A stretch of DNA of 64,000 nucleotides. Source: Tubiluchus corallicola. Lineage: Eukaryota; Animalia; Priapulida. The position numbers and the translations under genes are program-made. Every line of letters begins with the position of its first letter. Position 1 is the first letter of the stretch. Positions 36,285-48,700 of the stretch are shown here, one piece after another. The notes under the pieces are model-generated. The model was not told the DNA's origin. It saw nothing but the letters and a program-made list of their open reading frames with translations, and made no database searches. The stretch is from assembly GCA_030141605.1 (NCBI GenBank), contig JAQGDQ010000071.1, positions 157,081 through 221,080 on the forward strand, read 5' to 3'.

Positions 36285-37625
36285 TTCATCGGCAAAAGAA
36301 CCCAGCGGCCAGTTTCTTTCGCAAGCCTGAGGGCAGAATATATTTATATGATACATTTGATATAGTTTTTGATATATTTATTGGGTAACAGAACATATAT
36401 ATTAGTACTTATGTATGTATGTAGTTTATTGACTAAATCAAATTACATGTATACATGAAGAACGAGGTAAATGCCACAATCGATACATTAGTGATTTTAG
36501 TCCAAATGTCACTTTACGTAAATTTCCTACTCAAGAACAGTGTTATGCATACAAGGTACATCAGCATAAAAGTTGCAACATGTCATAACATATTATATAA
36601 CAATTAGCGTGCTCAAAGAAGTGAGTTAAATCAGCAAAGTTTACAATGTCGTAGCGGTTTCTAATATTAGATGTGAGGGGGCATGTCTGTATAACGTGTT
36701 TCTCAGTTTGAATGTCCCCACAAGGACATAACCTATTTTCCCTTGGCTGTCTCGCCCATCTACCCGTTTCCATCCGCAGCCTATGTGACTGAAGACGCAC
36801 TCTTGTGAAGCTTATCCGATGATGCTCAAATATTGTCGATTCAAAACGAGGAGTTTCGAGACCGGGGTTCAATTCCAAGTAGGTTACACAGCGTGTAGAA
36901 TTAACCCGATTCCTTATGCTTTGTTCCAACAAAACTCTCTGCTGAGGTATATAGTCTGACTGGTAATTCGCCTGAAGCTGGTCAAGACATCTAAGAAGTT
37001 TGCTGCCTGCATTCCTTGCCATGGCGACAGTTTTCATTAAAGGTTCATGGCGAAAAGTACTTCTTATAAGTTTTGCCCATGTTTTCTGCTGCCTAGACCG
37101 TAGCCAAACTAAAGGAGCTAGGTATCCAGATTCTATTAAAGCAAGGTTGTTGCAGGTAGTCTGTCTGACGCCCAATTAAGCCTTGATTAACCCCATATAC
37201 GTAGAGCAAGGCATATAAGTCCTATTATCAGTATTCCAACTCTGGGGGCTGTAGAATGTTGCTGTCAACGACGTACAATCTAGGACTCTTTTCTTCACAT
37301 AAGAGGGAAAATCTTCGTTTTTCCTCAAGAAAGCATAAAACTTCAAAATAATTGCATTCATTTCTTGCATATGATGCTTGATTATTGAATGAGTCTTCCC
37401 GTTATCTGCGATAGTAGCTCCTAAATAAACATACGTAGACGTGCGCTTAATTTGGAAATCTGTCATTGTCATCGGCAACATCACCGTTTACCGCCATGAA
37501 CCGAGGCTTAGTGTGGTTCATCGACATCTCATAGTTGTCACAAAATGATTGTAAACGCTCCAATTTAATGTTACATTGTTCACGGTTTGATGCCAATATA
37601 GCCGTGTCATCCATTATTAGTAATC
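36285..37625 (-). mobile_element. 5'-truncated RTEX-like LINE (RT end, C-terminal CCHC zinc finger, 3'UTR)
   Basis: LLIMDDTAILA, YVYLG, and RLQSHRLRMETGRWARQPRENRLCPCGDIQTEKHVIQTCP. Broken by a stop and a frameshift. Confidence 0.85.
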
Positions 37626-37724
37626 CCCTAGCTAACCATTCGTATCAGTGGCTGTGACGCGGGCCTTTACTTGTTGGTTTTCTGTTCTTTATTTAAACCA
37701 GATTTTCTTCAACAATTCCCAAAC

Positions 37725-37920
37725 TAGTACTCCTAGCCGAGCGGTGAGGTAGTAGTACACAGATGTTAGTAGTTTAGAGACTGAATCAGTTTCTCATAGG
37801 TACCTCTACGGGGCGTACCTTGAGACAAAAGATGTGGGTTCGAATCACGAGTGGGATCTTAAGTGTCGGCCTTGAGTTGCTGTTATTGTGTTTAGCTCAC
37901 AAAGTGTGAACTATTCATAA
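37725..37920 (+). mobile_element. Putative tRNA-derived SINE head (Pol III A and B boxes)
   Basis: A box TAGCCGAGCGG at 37734-37744 and B box GGTTCGAATC at 37837-37846. No complete cloverleaf; single copy in the window. Confidence 0.5.
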
Positions 37921-38999
37921 CATTTTTACTATTTAAATACTTCTTGAATGTTCACAAAAAAACGCACTCCAAGATACATATTTTTGTGTATAAAGAACGA
38001 TCAAAATTTAATTAACAAATTTGTGATGATCAAAAGATAATTTTCAAAATCAATCAGTGTGCTGCACTCCCTTTTGGTTTATAATTAAAAGTACTTTCAA
38101 AGGCAGTCTCTCAGACAACAAGACTATACGTAATCACTAGAGCCTAGCTGTTTTTCAGATAAAGCATACCTAAATCATGTTATACTTTAAACAACAAACC
38201 TTCAAATTGTTGCAAAACTTCTTAGACATAATGTTGTATACCTTACATGGAGGCAAAATAAACACGAGGCAAAACTCAACTAAAGATCAACAAATTAAGA
38301 TTCTAACACACTAGGTACTCACTAATTACCCTTTCCCTGGGATGTGCACCAAAAAACCTGTCCACGCTGAGATGGTTCACTGTCCATTAACATCTTGGCA
38401 TGCCACATAATCATTGGTGACGTCACTGGAAACGAAGTCTGCACTGTCTAGTATATGAGGTAGGTGAGGCAACATCGAAAATGGTTTAACTTTCTCAGAG
38501 GCTGGCGTCAGATAAATTTATGCGGTGATATTCAGTCCAACCTTCCACATGAACAGTAGTAACTCCATAACGGCTTAAGCAAATTGTCCCAAGTATCCAT
38601 TTTGCTGCAAATTCCGACAGTGCACAAAATGTATCACAGCGTATCTGGACTGCTCGAAAACGTTGCTGTCCTTTAACTGTAATCACAGCTATATAAAATG
38701 CTAAATGCCAAACTGCAGCACATTACATAGTCCGCAGGTAACACGTACAGAGAAAACGTCTTTACTTCATAGCTATAAACGTGCCGACTGAAGCCGTCGA
38801 AATAAAACTAGGACGACAACCTGGTTTCCAACTTATGCACTTGTTGAAGGACAGGTGTGTGGCTTTCCCATCCCGCAGAGCTTACAGTACCTATTCATAA
38901 TACTAGCTAAACATTCGTCTATAGTAAACTGTTCATATCAGTGGCTTTCAATGATGTTATAAGTACAAATTGTTTACAGTCATTTACGTACACGTACTG

Positions 39000-40000
39000 C
39001 CCGAAGACAAAAATATTAACACATTTACAATATAGAACGACATCACACGTTAATGTATAATGTATGATAAGCGATACAAATATATCAACACAGAATTTAG
39101 GTTATTGGATGTAGCATCACTTCAATTATTAGTCATCAACAATTAAATTCATAATCTATTCGTAAACCAATATTCTACGTAGTTACAAATTTATATTTAA
39201 TATATCGACATCATTGGTCTCAATTAGAAAAATCAGTTTATCTTCATTACGCACATCTAGAAAATCGGGACATACAGAACTAATTAGTGTGAACGTATTC
39301 TGTCTACTATGTTCGTATTTATGGTAGACAAGCTTTCTGTGTAATTCATCTTCTACTTCATTATTATTGCGTTGTTTACAAATTCTTTCATTAATCGGTA
39401 ACTTATACGGTTTATGATGCTTGGCTGTTTCAATGGTTAGACTATGGACACTTATTCTATTCGTAGCTTACAAAAAGTTGTGTTAGTTTCGTAGGTCAAA
39501 GTTCTGATGAGCAATTAATTTTCCATATCATAACTGTTTTTTATTTTGCAATAGGTTCGTAGCTTATTTCATTCTGCATTTTCATCACTATGTGCTCACT
39601 CTATTGATATCATATCATGACCTATTCAAGTTTCAATTTAAGTTTTTTTTAGTATTCCACTTTAAGTATATTTTTTCTTGTTTACATTGTTACTATCCTG
39701 ATTATCCCAGATCTGTCTAAATCCTGTGAAGTTTAAGATATCTTTAACAAATTTAACAAGCAATATACACAACGTGCAACCGGAAGCTTATTACATGGAA
39801 TATCATATCAGTACAGAGAGGATATTGTCCCAACTCGGCTCGTACTGCATTTTTTACAGTTTTATAGTTCACTTTTAGCAATCTACAACATAGCTTCAGG
39901 TTTAATGCTTCAGTTGCAATATATCGTTAGGAAAGTTTGTACTAAAATGTCCCCACACTTCGATGTTAATTAAAGTGTTAAATAATTTGACTGCAACAAT
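39000..40000 (-). mobile_element. Decayed RTEX-like LINE ORF2 C-terminal part
   Basis: Minus-strand fragments EVWG, AVRAELGQYPL, RISVHSLTIETAKHHKPYKLPINERICKQRNNNEVEDELH and CPDFLDVRNEDKLIFLI. Confidence 0.8.
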
Positions 40001-41049
40001 ACTATGTGAGTCTTCATCACCTTCTATATTTACAACCTTATGTATGAGCTTGCCATCTTTACGCATTCAGTTGTCATGCAGATGAGATAGAACACGTTGA
40101 TAAAGCCCGGGAGGCCATTTGTCAGGATTGATCTTAACTGTGCTTAGCTTTATGAACTGAAATTTGGATTATCTGGCGCCATAACATTTGCAAACAAAGT
40201 CTCGATCTGATAGTAATTATGTCGGATATCATGTAGCGGCGAACTAATGGCAAACTCACCGACTAATACATATTATGGCAGGGATTTGAGACTTTTCACT
40301 TTTTCCTCTTTAGTTGAACTGTTAACATCAGCCTTTTCTTCAAATCCCTCATTTGGGTTTGCAAGCTAACTTGTTGCCGTGTAACATCCTCCTTGAAAAA
40401 TTGCAAGCAATCGGGTTTTGTCAAAGCTTATTCTGCCAAGGCACAAATGACGAAAATTTTCCGTTTGCCATAATGACCATAAAGTCACCCTAGTTAAACA
40501 TGATAAGGCTAGGCTAAGTAACATAGAGCGCTAGGTAGTGATTGCATTCGGTTTTAATGCATAATTCATAGTTTCTCAGTTGTGATAAGGTTCTCACAGT
40601 AAATTCTGATGAAGATTCTGTGAGAGTGGCTTATTTGCAATTGAGAAATGTTCGAATTGAAAAACTAGTATGGACACAATTTCGTAACTATTTGTTACAG
40701 ATTTTTTTCATCACTTTTAGTCTGAAGTCATTTTTAATATACTTCTACAAATAATGGTAACAATCCACCCTCAACTGTCTATTTTGAAATCATTTACTTC
40801 GGTAAAATTTTACTAAAATGCTCCAAATACAAGCATGAATGACGTTACAAAATCACGTGGTAACCTATAATTACAGAATAAGACACATCTGGTGACGTAA
40901 AAAATGTGCCGAAGTTTTGATGACGACATTACGAAAAATTTCTTACAGTCGATGTTACAGATATTTATATAAATACTAAAATTTTAGGACAATCCTTTAA
41001 AGTTGCCCGAAGATAGAGATGTTTTATGTAAGCAAGTAAAAAACTAGAG

Positions 41050-41508
41050 GATGGAAAAAAATTGTATCACTATTGCTAAATTTTCCAGTAAGAGCTCCAG
41101 GTGTTCATGAATTTCACAAAGTAGACCAGAGCGTTTATTCCAAGAGCTGACACTGTTTCTCCTTTGTTTGGTCCCAGCACTCAGCAATTTTTGCCTTTAG
41201 TTACTTTGCATCAAACGGCTCTGCGCGGCAATTGTACACTTTCACTTTAAGGAAGTTCCAGATACATTTCCCGTAATTCACAGAATTAAGTTACATTTTG
41301 TTTTAGCTACGAATCTTTATCAATATCCTGTGATGAAGACCATGACGTAAACTGTTTGATATGTTTATTCTTTTGTCCCTTGTATTAAAGGATTTACAGG
41401 GCAACACGATTATCCTTCAGTTGATGATTATAACTGAGATTGTTCCGACAGATGCTTTTAATATTATTGTAATCTGAACTTCGGTACAGTTTTCTGGGCC
41501 ACCTGATA
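41050..41508 (-). mobile_element. Internally deleted Tc1/mariner-type transposon remnant
   Basis: Minus strand 41170-41272 reads IWNFLKVKVYNCRAEPFDAK*LKAKIAECWD (transposase C-terminus). TIR-like end ttttctgggccacctgaTA at 41490-41508. Confidence 0.6.
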
Positions 41509-43232
41509 TAAAAATCGTTCGTAGCTATGATCGTTTAAATAGTACATTAGCTGGAACCACAAAGACATATAATACTTTATTGCAATATAAGCACATGAAA
41601 TAATACAGTCACAGTAGCACGGAATAATGATCCAAGGATTCAGGTTAAGTTACGATGAAAGTGTCGCATAAATCTACTGACGGAGTGTCAGGTTACAAAT
41701 GCATTTTGTCTCAAGTCTTATAGCTTGAGCCTCCATGTTGCGATCTGCTGCAGTTTGAAAACCTGCAAAGCCCTGCATCCACGTGTGAGACCCCCTAATC
41801 GCTCGACAGATAGCTCTAACATAGATACTTATCACAAAATTTCAGCCCATTACCTTATAAAGGAAGTCTGTCTTCAATAATTAGACAAATTCCTTTATAT
41901 GATTAAGACTGTCCAACACGACGTAATATCTCCTAAACCTCCAAACAACTTCAAGAAAGATCTGCCAAACTTCAATTTGAGACGGAACATGATGGCTGAT
42001 GGATAATAATTTTAGACTAAATGAGGATTCGTATGATCAGTAATTACATTTGTGTTACCTACAAGTAGTGCAGTTTGACATTTTATATAATTTTTGGTAA
42101 AATGAATTCATCCGTGTCTTTCGGGTTTGATAAAGCTTTCACAGTAAATTCTGATTAAGATTCTATGAGTGTGGCTTATGGTCAAATTGAAAAACTAACA
42201 TGTTCGAATTTTATTAATGGAATTTATTTATTTTAATTCTCGATTACAGATAAGCCTACATACAGACACGCGCCATTAATAATTCAATATCTCATGATCA
42301 ACTGCAATAAACTGAATTACATAATGCACGCCAAAAATTATCATAATAAAAACGTATATATCACAACTAGACTTAATGTTGTAACAAAATACGGAAAAAT
42401 TCTAAGTAACATTTATATCATTAACAACACTATTTTCCTATAACATTGTGTTTAACTCAATACAAAACCGAGCACGGAAAATCAAGTGTGCTTATTCAGT
42501 CTGGCGTAGTTTTCTATATAATTTTTGGTAAAATGAATTCATCCACGTCTTAGAAAGTTACGTGTTTAAAAACATGTGATTATATCTCTATAAGAAATCA
42601 TTAATGCAAGCCAGTCGTTTGCCACAACTTGGGCTGCACGCAGTCCTTTCAAATCTCTTTCGTTAAATGGTAAGTTTTTTACCTGTTTTTGTAATTCAAT
42701 TTAACAATTTTTATTTTATATATTGCTGTCTTACATTAAGCAGCTAAATTTAAGCCTAAATGTGGAGTCTAAAACTCTAGACTCTATTCATAATGTTTCA
42801 CTTTCATGCTTCAAGGACATTAGGGACTCTAAGTGAAGTCTTTTTAGTGTTAAAAGTATAGTTATTTAAAGCAATAAAATAGCTACAAAGCTCCGCATAC
42901 GGCAAGGCAGTTGTGCAGTTTATTACAGACAGACTTTGTTACAAGTAAGGCATTATGAAAAAAGCAAGGATAATCGGTTTTAGCTGCATACATGACAATG
43001 TTACTAAGATGTTACCAAAAGTTTGAACAGTTCAAACATGTACATTTAGAATAAAAATTGTGCAAGCTTACAATTTCTGACATCTATTAATTCACGAATG
43101 AGAACTGCGTTTTGTTATAGTATCATTGAGATCTAACGTGAAAGTAACAGCAAAACTAGTTCTTAATATGTAGTCGCCTGTAAAACAGTGTGATGAAGCG
43201 CGTACAAAAGACAGCTTGCAAAAACCGGTTTG

Positions 43233-43706
43233 AATATTGGCCTTGTTTCTAGATTTTATTATTGTCATTTGAATATTGCAAGTGAATTAGTGGAAATATA
43301 TAATCTAGTTTCGTTTATAGGAAGAAATGCACATGTCTTTCGTCCATAAGTTGCTGATTAAACCATTTTGCAAACAAGGAAATACGCAGTTTAGTTTGGT
43401 TTATGGCTTTGCAAGTTAGATAGAAACAACTATTTGATTAACTTTCAATAAGGACAAAACAAAATGTTTTCTTTTCTGGCCAGTTTTCATGAACTTCAGT
43501 GAGATCTTCACAGTCAAAATTAATTCAATTGTGGTTCAAACTATATTATACACCAATGTAATCTTAGTTAATTTTACCCTATTTTTCTGCTGATAATCTT
43601 GGTTAAAAGCTGCCATTGAGACTTATGTAACTCGGTCATTCAACATAAGGGTCGTCTATGGAATGGAACAGTCACATTTATTCCATTTCCGCATCTTAAC
43701 AAACGG
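43233..43706 (+). repeat. Dispersed ~470 bp repeat, copy 2
   Basis: Colinear with 26866-27338. Confidence 0.9.
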
Positions 43707-44507
43707 TAGTCCTGGTCGTTTTATCAAAGTCAGTTGTCAAGTCCTTCTTGTGAAAAAACTTGAATAAACTGTAGCGATGATTTTCAAGAAGATTTGTAGT
43801 TCAGTTTTTAGTGTCTATCAGTAACATGAATTACGGTGTTTGTACAGCAGATAAGCAGACAAACTGGCTCCTGTGCAGACAAACGGCCATGCAGGATAGC
43901 AGATTGGCACATCGCAGGAATCGCAGAACAGTAAATGTTGTACTTCATACTTGAATTTAAAAGCACAAAAAAGCACACAAAGACCCAAAACAGCTACTAC
44001 TCTTTCCATTTCACACAACAAATATGTTTATCTTCTTAACACAGAATCATAAATTGAAAAACAACTACATTCAGCCACCTTTTAGCAAAATAGAAACTCG
44101 GTTAACTACCAGTTACAACCAGAATTACAGGTATAACTAACCAGGCAAGTCAGCAAGCAGAAGCTTTACAAAACCAGCACTAGATGGCAGCAGCTTGCAA
44201 CAACTACAAAAATATCAACACTCACTGTTACATACGGCAAGCGCTACAGATCCTGCACGTGTGAAACCACTACACTTGTAGACGATAATTTATAAGATTA
44301 ATCAAGGTCGGAGTCTGCAAGGTAAATGGCTGATTCAACTTACGGTTTTCTCTTAGTGGATAATCCATCCGGGTCGTTCCTCCATGTCATTAATCTTGTT
44401 CTTCATGAGAAATCACTCACGTACTTAGTGTCAATAACTTAGATTAATGTATCAGCACATTAAAATTATTCCCTTGTGGACTTGACATAGTTCATGACAT
44501 ATTCGTT

Positions 44508-44953
44508 TACTCGCGAGAATGTGCGAAAATGACGAAACTAAGCTCGTGGCTCCCTCTTGCGACAAACATTCACGAGGTCAGTACACGCTGCGATCAGCGT
44601 AGCTAATGTGGCTTCGGATACTCGCGAGAATGCGCGAAAATGACGAAACTAAACTCGTGGCTCCCTTTTGCGATAAAAAACGGAATGATCACTACACTCT
44701 GTGATCAGTGTTACAAATGTGGCTTCGGCTACTCGTGAGAATGCACGAAAATGACGAAACTGAACTCGTGGCTCCCTCTTGCGGTAAACATTCACGAGAT
44801 CACTTCACTCTGCGATCAGTGTAGCTAATGTGGCTTCGGTTACTCGCTATAATGCGCGAAAATGATGAGACGAACTCGTGGCTCCCTCTTGCGATAAACA
44901 TACACCAGGTCAAGCAAGCTACACGCTGCGATCAGTGCAACAAATGTGACTTC
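44508..44953. repeat. 111 bp tandem repeat, 4 copies
   Basis: Units start at 44508, 44619, 44730 and 44841 (tactcgcgagaatgcgcgaaaatgacgaaact..ctcgtggctccctcttgcg...). Confidence 0.95.
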
Positions 44954-45767
44954 TAGCGCGAGAACCACTTCACCTGGGAAGTAAAATAATGCAAAAACAC
45001 TTGCACTACAAAAATAATATAGGAGGAACTGCTTCTCAAAAATAGACGTATTTTAACGATTTTCGAGTCATACCTCAGACGTATTGATGGGTATTAATAG
45101 CCTCAGTAATTTATAATTTAAGTCTTCACAAATTCAAACTCTTTAATGAAAAAAAAAACGAAAATAAAAATAGAAGTTAAAAAACTGTCTTCAGTCCTTC
45201 CTAATAACTCTGCAAAAACATTTTCACTACAAAAACGATATTGTTGCGTTATTTTGCTAATGATGTTAATCTTTGCTTGGCTGCAATTGGACATTGTACC
45301 ACGGCTTCACCATTCTCATGTGTTGACGAAGTAAATTAATTAGTATTACTATTACTGTAATAAGTGAAAGGCTTCTTAAATATTACTACGAAAGTAAAAA
45401 ATAAAAATGCAAATAACGAACAAAATTATCCACATTAATATTGTGCTTTCGTTATCTTTGTGATTTTGTTAATATTGTGTTTTTTTGGTATTATCGTCCT
45501 TACTATGTGTGAGTCATTCCAACCTATGATTCAGGATCAATGTCTTTTTTGTTCTTTTTACGTTGTTACTCAATAAACTGTCTATTATAAGTATGAACCT
45601 ATTAGGATTATTGTTACTTGATATTTTTTCGTAAAAAATACATTAAAATCGACTTTCCAAAATTAAATTCTGTGTTCGCGCTAATGCACGCATACAGATT
45701 TTTTTGTCCGCACGTTTTTACCGCAAAACTTGCTTCCGCAAAAATACTCATTGCGTTGTCATTTGCG

Positions 45768-48700
45768 GTATTGCGGGAAATGCGGGAAAATTTTAGCGCA
45801 TTTTACACGAAGCTTTCTAGATAAAAGCCTTTGTTTCATGTTAATGGTTTAAGAAAGGGTAAACAGGCAGTATTGCGGGAACTGCGGGAAAATTTTAGCG
45901 CGAAATTTTAGCGCATTTTACACGAAGCTTTCTAGATAAAAGCCTTTGTTTCATGTTAATGGTTTAAGAAAGGGTAAACAGGCAGTATTGCGGGAAATGT
46001 GGGAAAATTTTAGCGCATTTTACACGAAGCTTTCTAGATAAAATCCTTTGTTTCATGTTAATGGTTTAAGAAAGGGTAAACAGGCAGTATTGTGGGAAAT
46101 GTGGGAAAATTTTAGCGCAAAATTTTAGCGCATTTTACACGCAGCTTTCTAGAAAAAAGCCTTTGTTTCATGTTAATGGTTTAAGAAAGGGTAAACAGGC
46201 TGTATTGCGGGAAATGCAGGACAATTTTAGCGCATTTTACACGAACCTTTCTAGAAAGAAAGCCTTTGTTTCATGTTAATGGTTTAAGAAAGGGTAAACA
46301 GGCAGTATTGCGGGAAATGCAGGAAAATTTTAGCGCATTTTACACGAGGCTTTCTAGAAAAAAGCCTTTGTTTCATGTTAATGGTAAACAGGCAGTATTG
46401 CGGGAAATGCGGGAAAATTTTAACGCTAAATTTTAGCGCATTTTGCACGAGGATTTCTAGAAAAAAAGCCATTGTTTCATGTTAATGGTTTAATACAGGT
46501 AAACAGGCAGTTTTGCGGGAAATGTTGGAAAATTTTAGCGCATTTTACACGAGATTTTCTAGAAAAAAAGCCTTTGTTTCATGTTAATGGTTTAAGAAAG
46601 GGTAAACAGGCAGTATTGCGGAAAATGTGGGAAAATTTTAGCGCATTTTACACGAGGCTTTCTAGAAAAAAAGCCTTTGTTTCATGTTAATGGTTTAAGA
46701 AAGGGTAAACAGACAGTATTGCTGGAAATGCGGGAAAATTTTAGCGCGAAATTTTAGCGCATTTTACACGAGACTTTCTAGAAAAAAAGCCTTTGTTTCA
46801 TGTTAATGGTTTAAGAAAGGGTAAACAGACAGTATTGCTGGAAATGCGGGAAAATTTTAGCGCGAAATTTTAGCGCATTTTACACGAGACTTTCTAGAAA
46901 AAAAGCCTTTGTTTCATGTTAATGGTTTAAGAAAGGGTAAACAGGCAATATTGCGGGAAATGCGGGAAAATTTTAGCGCATTTTACACGAGGCTTTCTAG
47001 AAAAAAAGCCTTTGTTTCATGTTAATGGTTTAAGAAAGTGTAAACAGGCAGTATTGCTGGAAATGCGGGAAAATTTTGGCGCGAAATTTTAGCGCATTTT
47101 ACACGAAGCTTTCTAGATAAAAGCCTTTGTTTCATGTTAATGGTTTAAGAAAGGGTTAACAGGCAGTAATGCGGGAAATGTGGGAAAATTTTAGCGCATT
47201 TTACACGAAGCTTTCTAGAAAAAAAGCCTTGGATTCATGTTAATGGTTTAAGAAAGGGTAAACAGGCAGTATTGTGGGAAATGTGGGAAAATTTTAGCCA
47301 AAATTTTAGCGCATTTTACACGAAGCTTTCTAGATAAAAGCCTTTGATTCATGTTATTGGTTTAAGAAAGGGTAAACAGGCAGTATTGTGGGAAATGTGG
47401 GAAAATTTTAGCGCAAAATTTTAGCGCATTTTACACGAAGCTTTCTAGATAAAAGCCTTTGTTTCATGCTAATGGTTTAAGAAAGGGTAAACAGGCAGTA
47501 TTGCGGGAAATGCGGGAAAATTTTAGCGCGAAATTTTAGCGCATTTTACACGAAGCTTTCTAGAAAAAAGCCTTTGTTTCATGTTAATGGTTTAAGAAAG
47601 GGTAAACAGGCAGTATTGCGGGAAATGCGGGAAAATTTTAGCGCGAAATTTTAGCGCATTTTACACGAAGCTTTCTAGATAAAAGCCTTTGTTTCATGTT
47701 AATGGTTTAAGAAAGGGTAAACAGGCAGTATTGCGGGAAATGTGGGAAAATTTTAGCGCATTTTACACGAAGCTTTCTAGATAATAGCCTTTGTTTCATG
47801 TTAATGGTTTAAGAAAGGGTACACAGGCAGTATTGTGGGAAATGTGGGAAAATTTTAGCGCGAAATTTTAGCGCATTTTACACGCAGCTTTCTAGAAAAA
47901 AGCCTTTGTTTCATGCTAATGGTTTAAGAAAGGGTAAACAGGCAGTATTGCGGGAAATGCGGGAAAATTTTAGCGCGAAATTTTAGCGCATTTTACACGA
48001 AGCTTTCTAGATAAAAGCCTTTGTTTCATGTTAATGGTTTAAGAAAGGGTAAACAGGCAGTATTGCGGGAAATGTGGGAAAATTTTAGCGCATTTTACAC
48101 GAAGCTTTCTAGATAATAGCCTTTGTTTCATGTTAATGGTTTAAGAAAGGGTACACAGGCAGTATTGTGGGAAATGTGGGAAAATTTTAGCGCGAAATTT
48201 TAGCGCATTTTACACGCAGCTTTCTAGAAAAAAGCCTTTGTTTCATGTTAATGGTTTAAGAAAGGGTAAACAGGCTGTATTGCGGGAACTGCGGGAAAAT
48301 TTTAGCGCATTTTACACGAGGCTTTCTAGAAAAAAAGCCTTTGTTTCATGTTGATGGTTTAAGAAAGGGTAAACAGGCAGTATTGCTGGAAATGCGGGAA
48401 AATTTTAGCGCATTTTACACGAGGATTTCTAGAAAAAAGCCTTTGTTTCATGTTAATGGTTTAAGAAAAGGTAAACAGGCAGTATTGCGGGAAATGCGGG
48501 AAAATTTTAGCGCGAAATTTTAGCGCATTTTACACGAAGCTTTCTAGATAAAAGCCTTTGTTTCATGTTAATGATTTAAGAAAGGGTTAACAGGCAGTAT
48601 TGCGGGAAATGTGGGAAAATTTTAGCGCATTTTACACGAAGCTTTCTAGAAAAAAAGCCTTTGATTCATGTTAATGGTTTAAGAAAGGGTAAACAGGCAG

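Noticed and set aside
37725-37860. tRNA gene
   Set aside because: A and B boxes are present but no acceptor or anticodon stems form; treated as SINE-like.
43818-44021. CDSCDVPIC ORF as a piggyBac Cys-rich domain or host exon
   Set aside because: Only a short Cys pattern; no adjoining transposase sequence or convincing splice sites.
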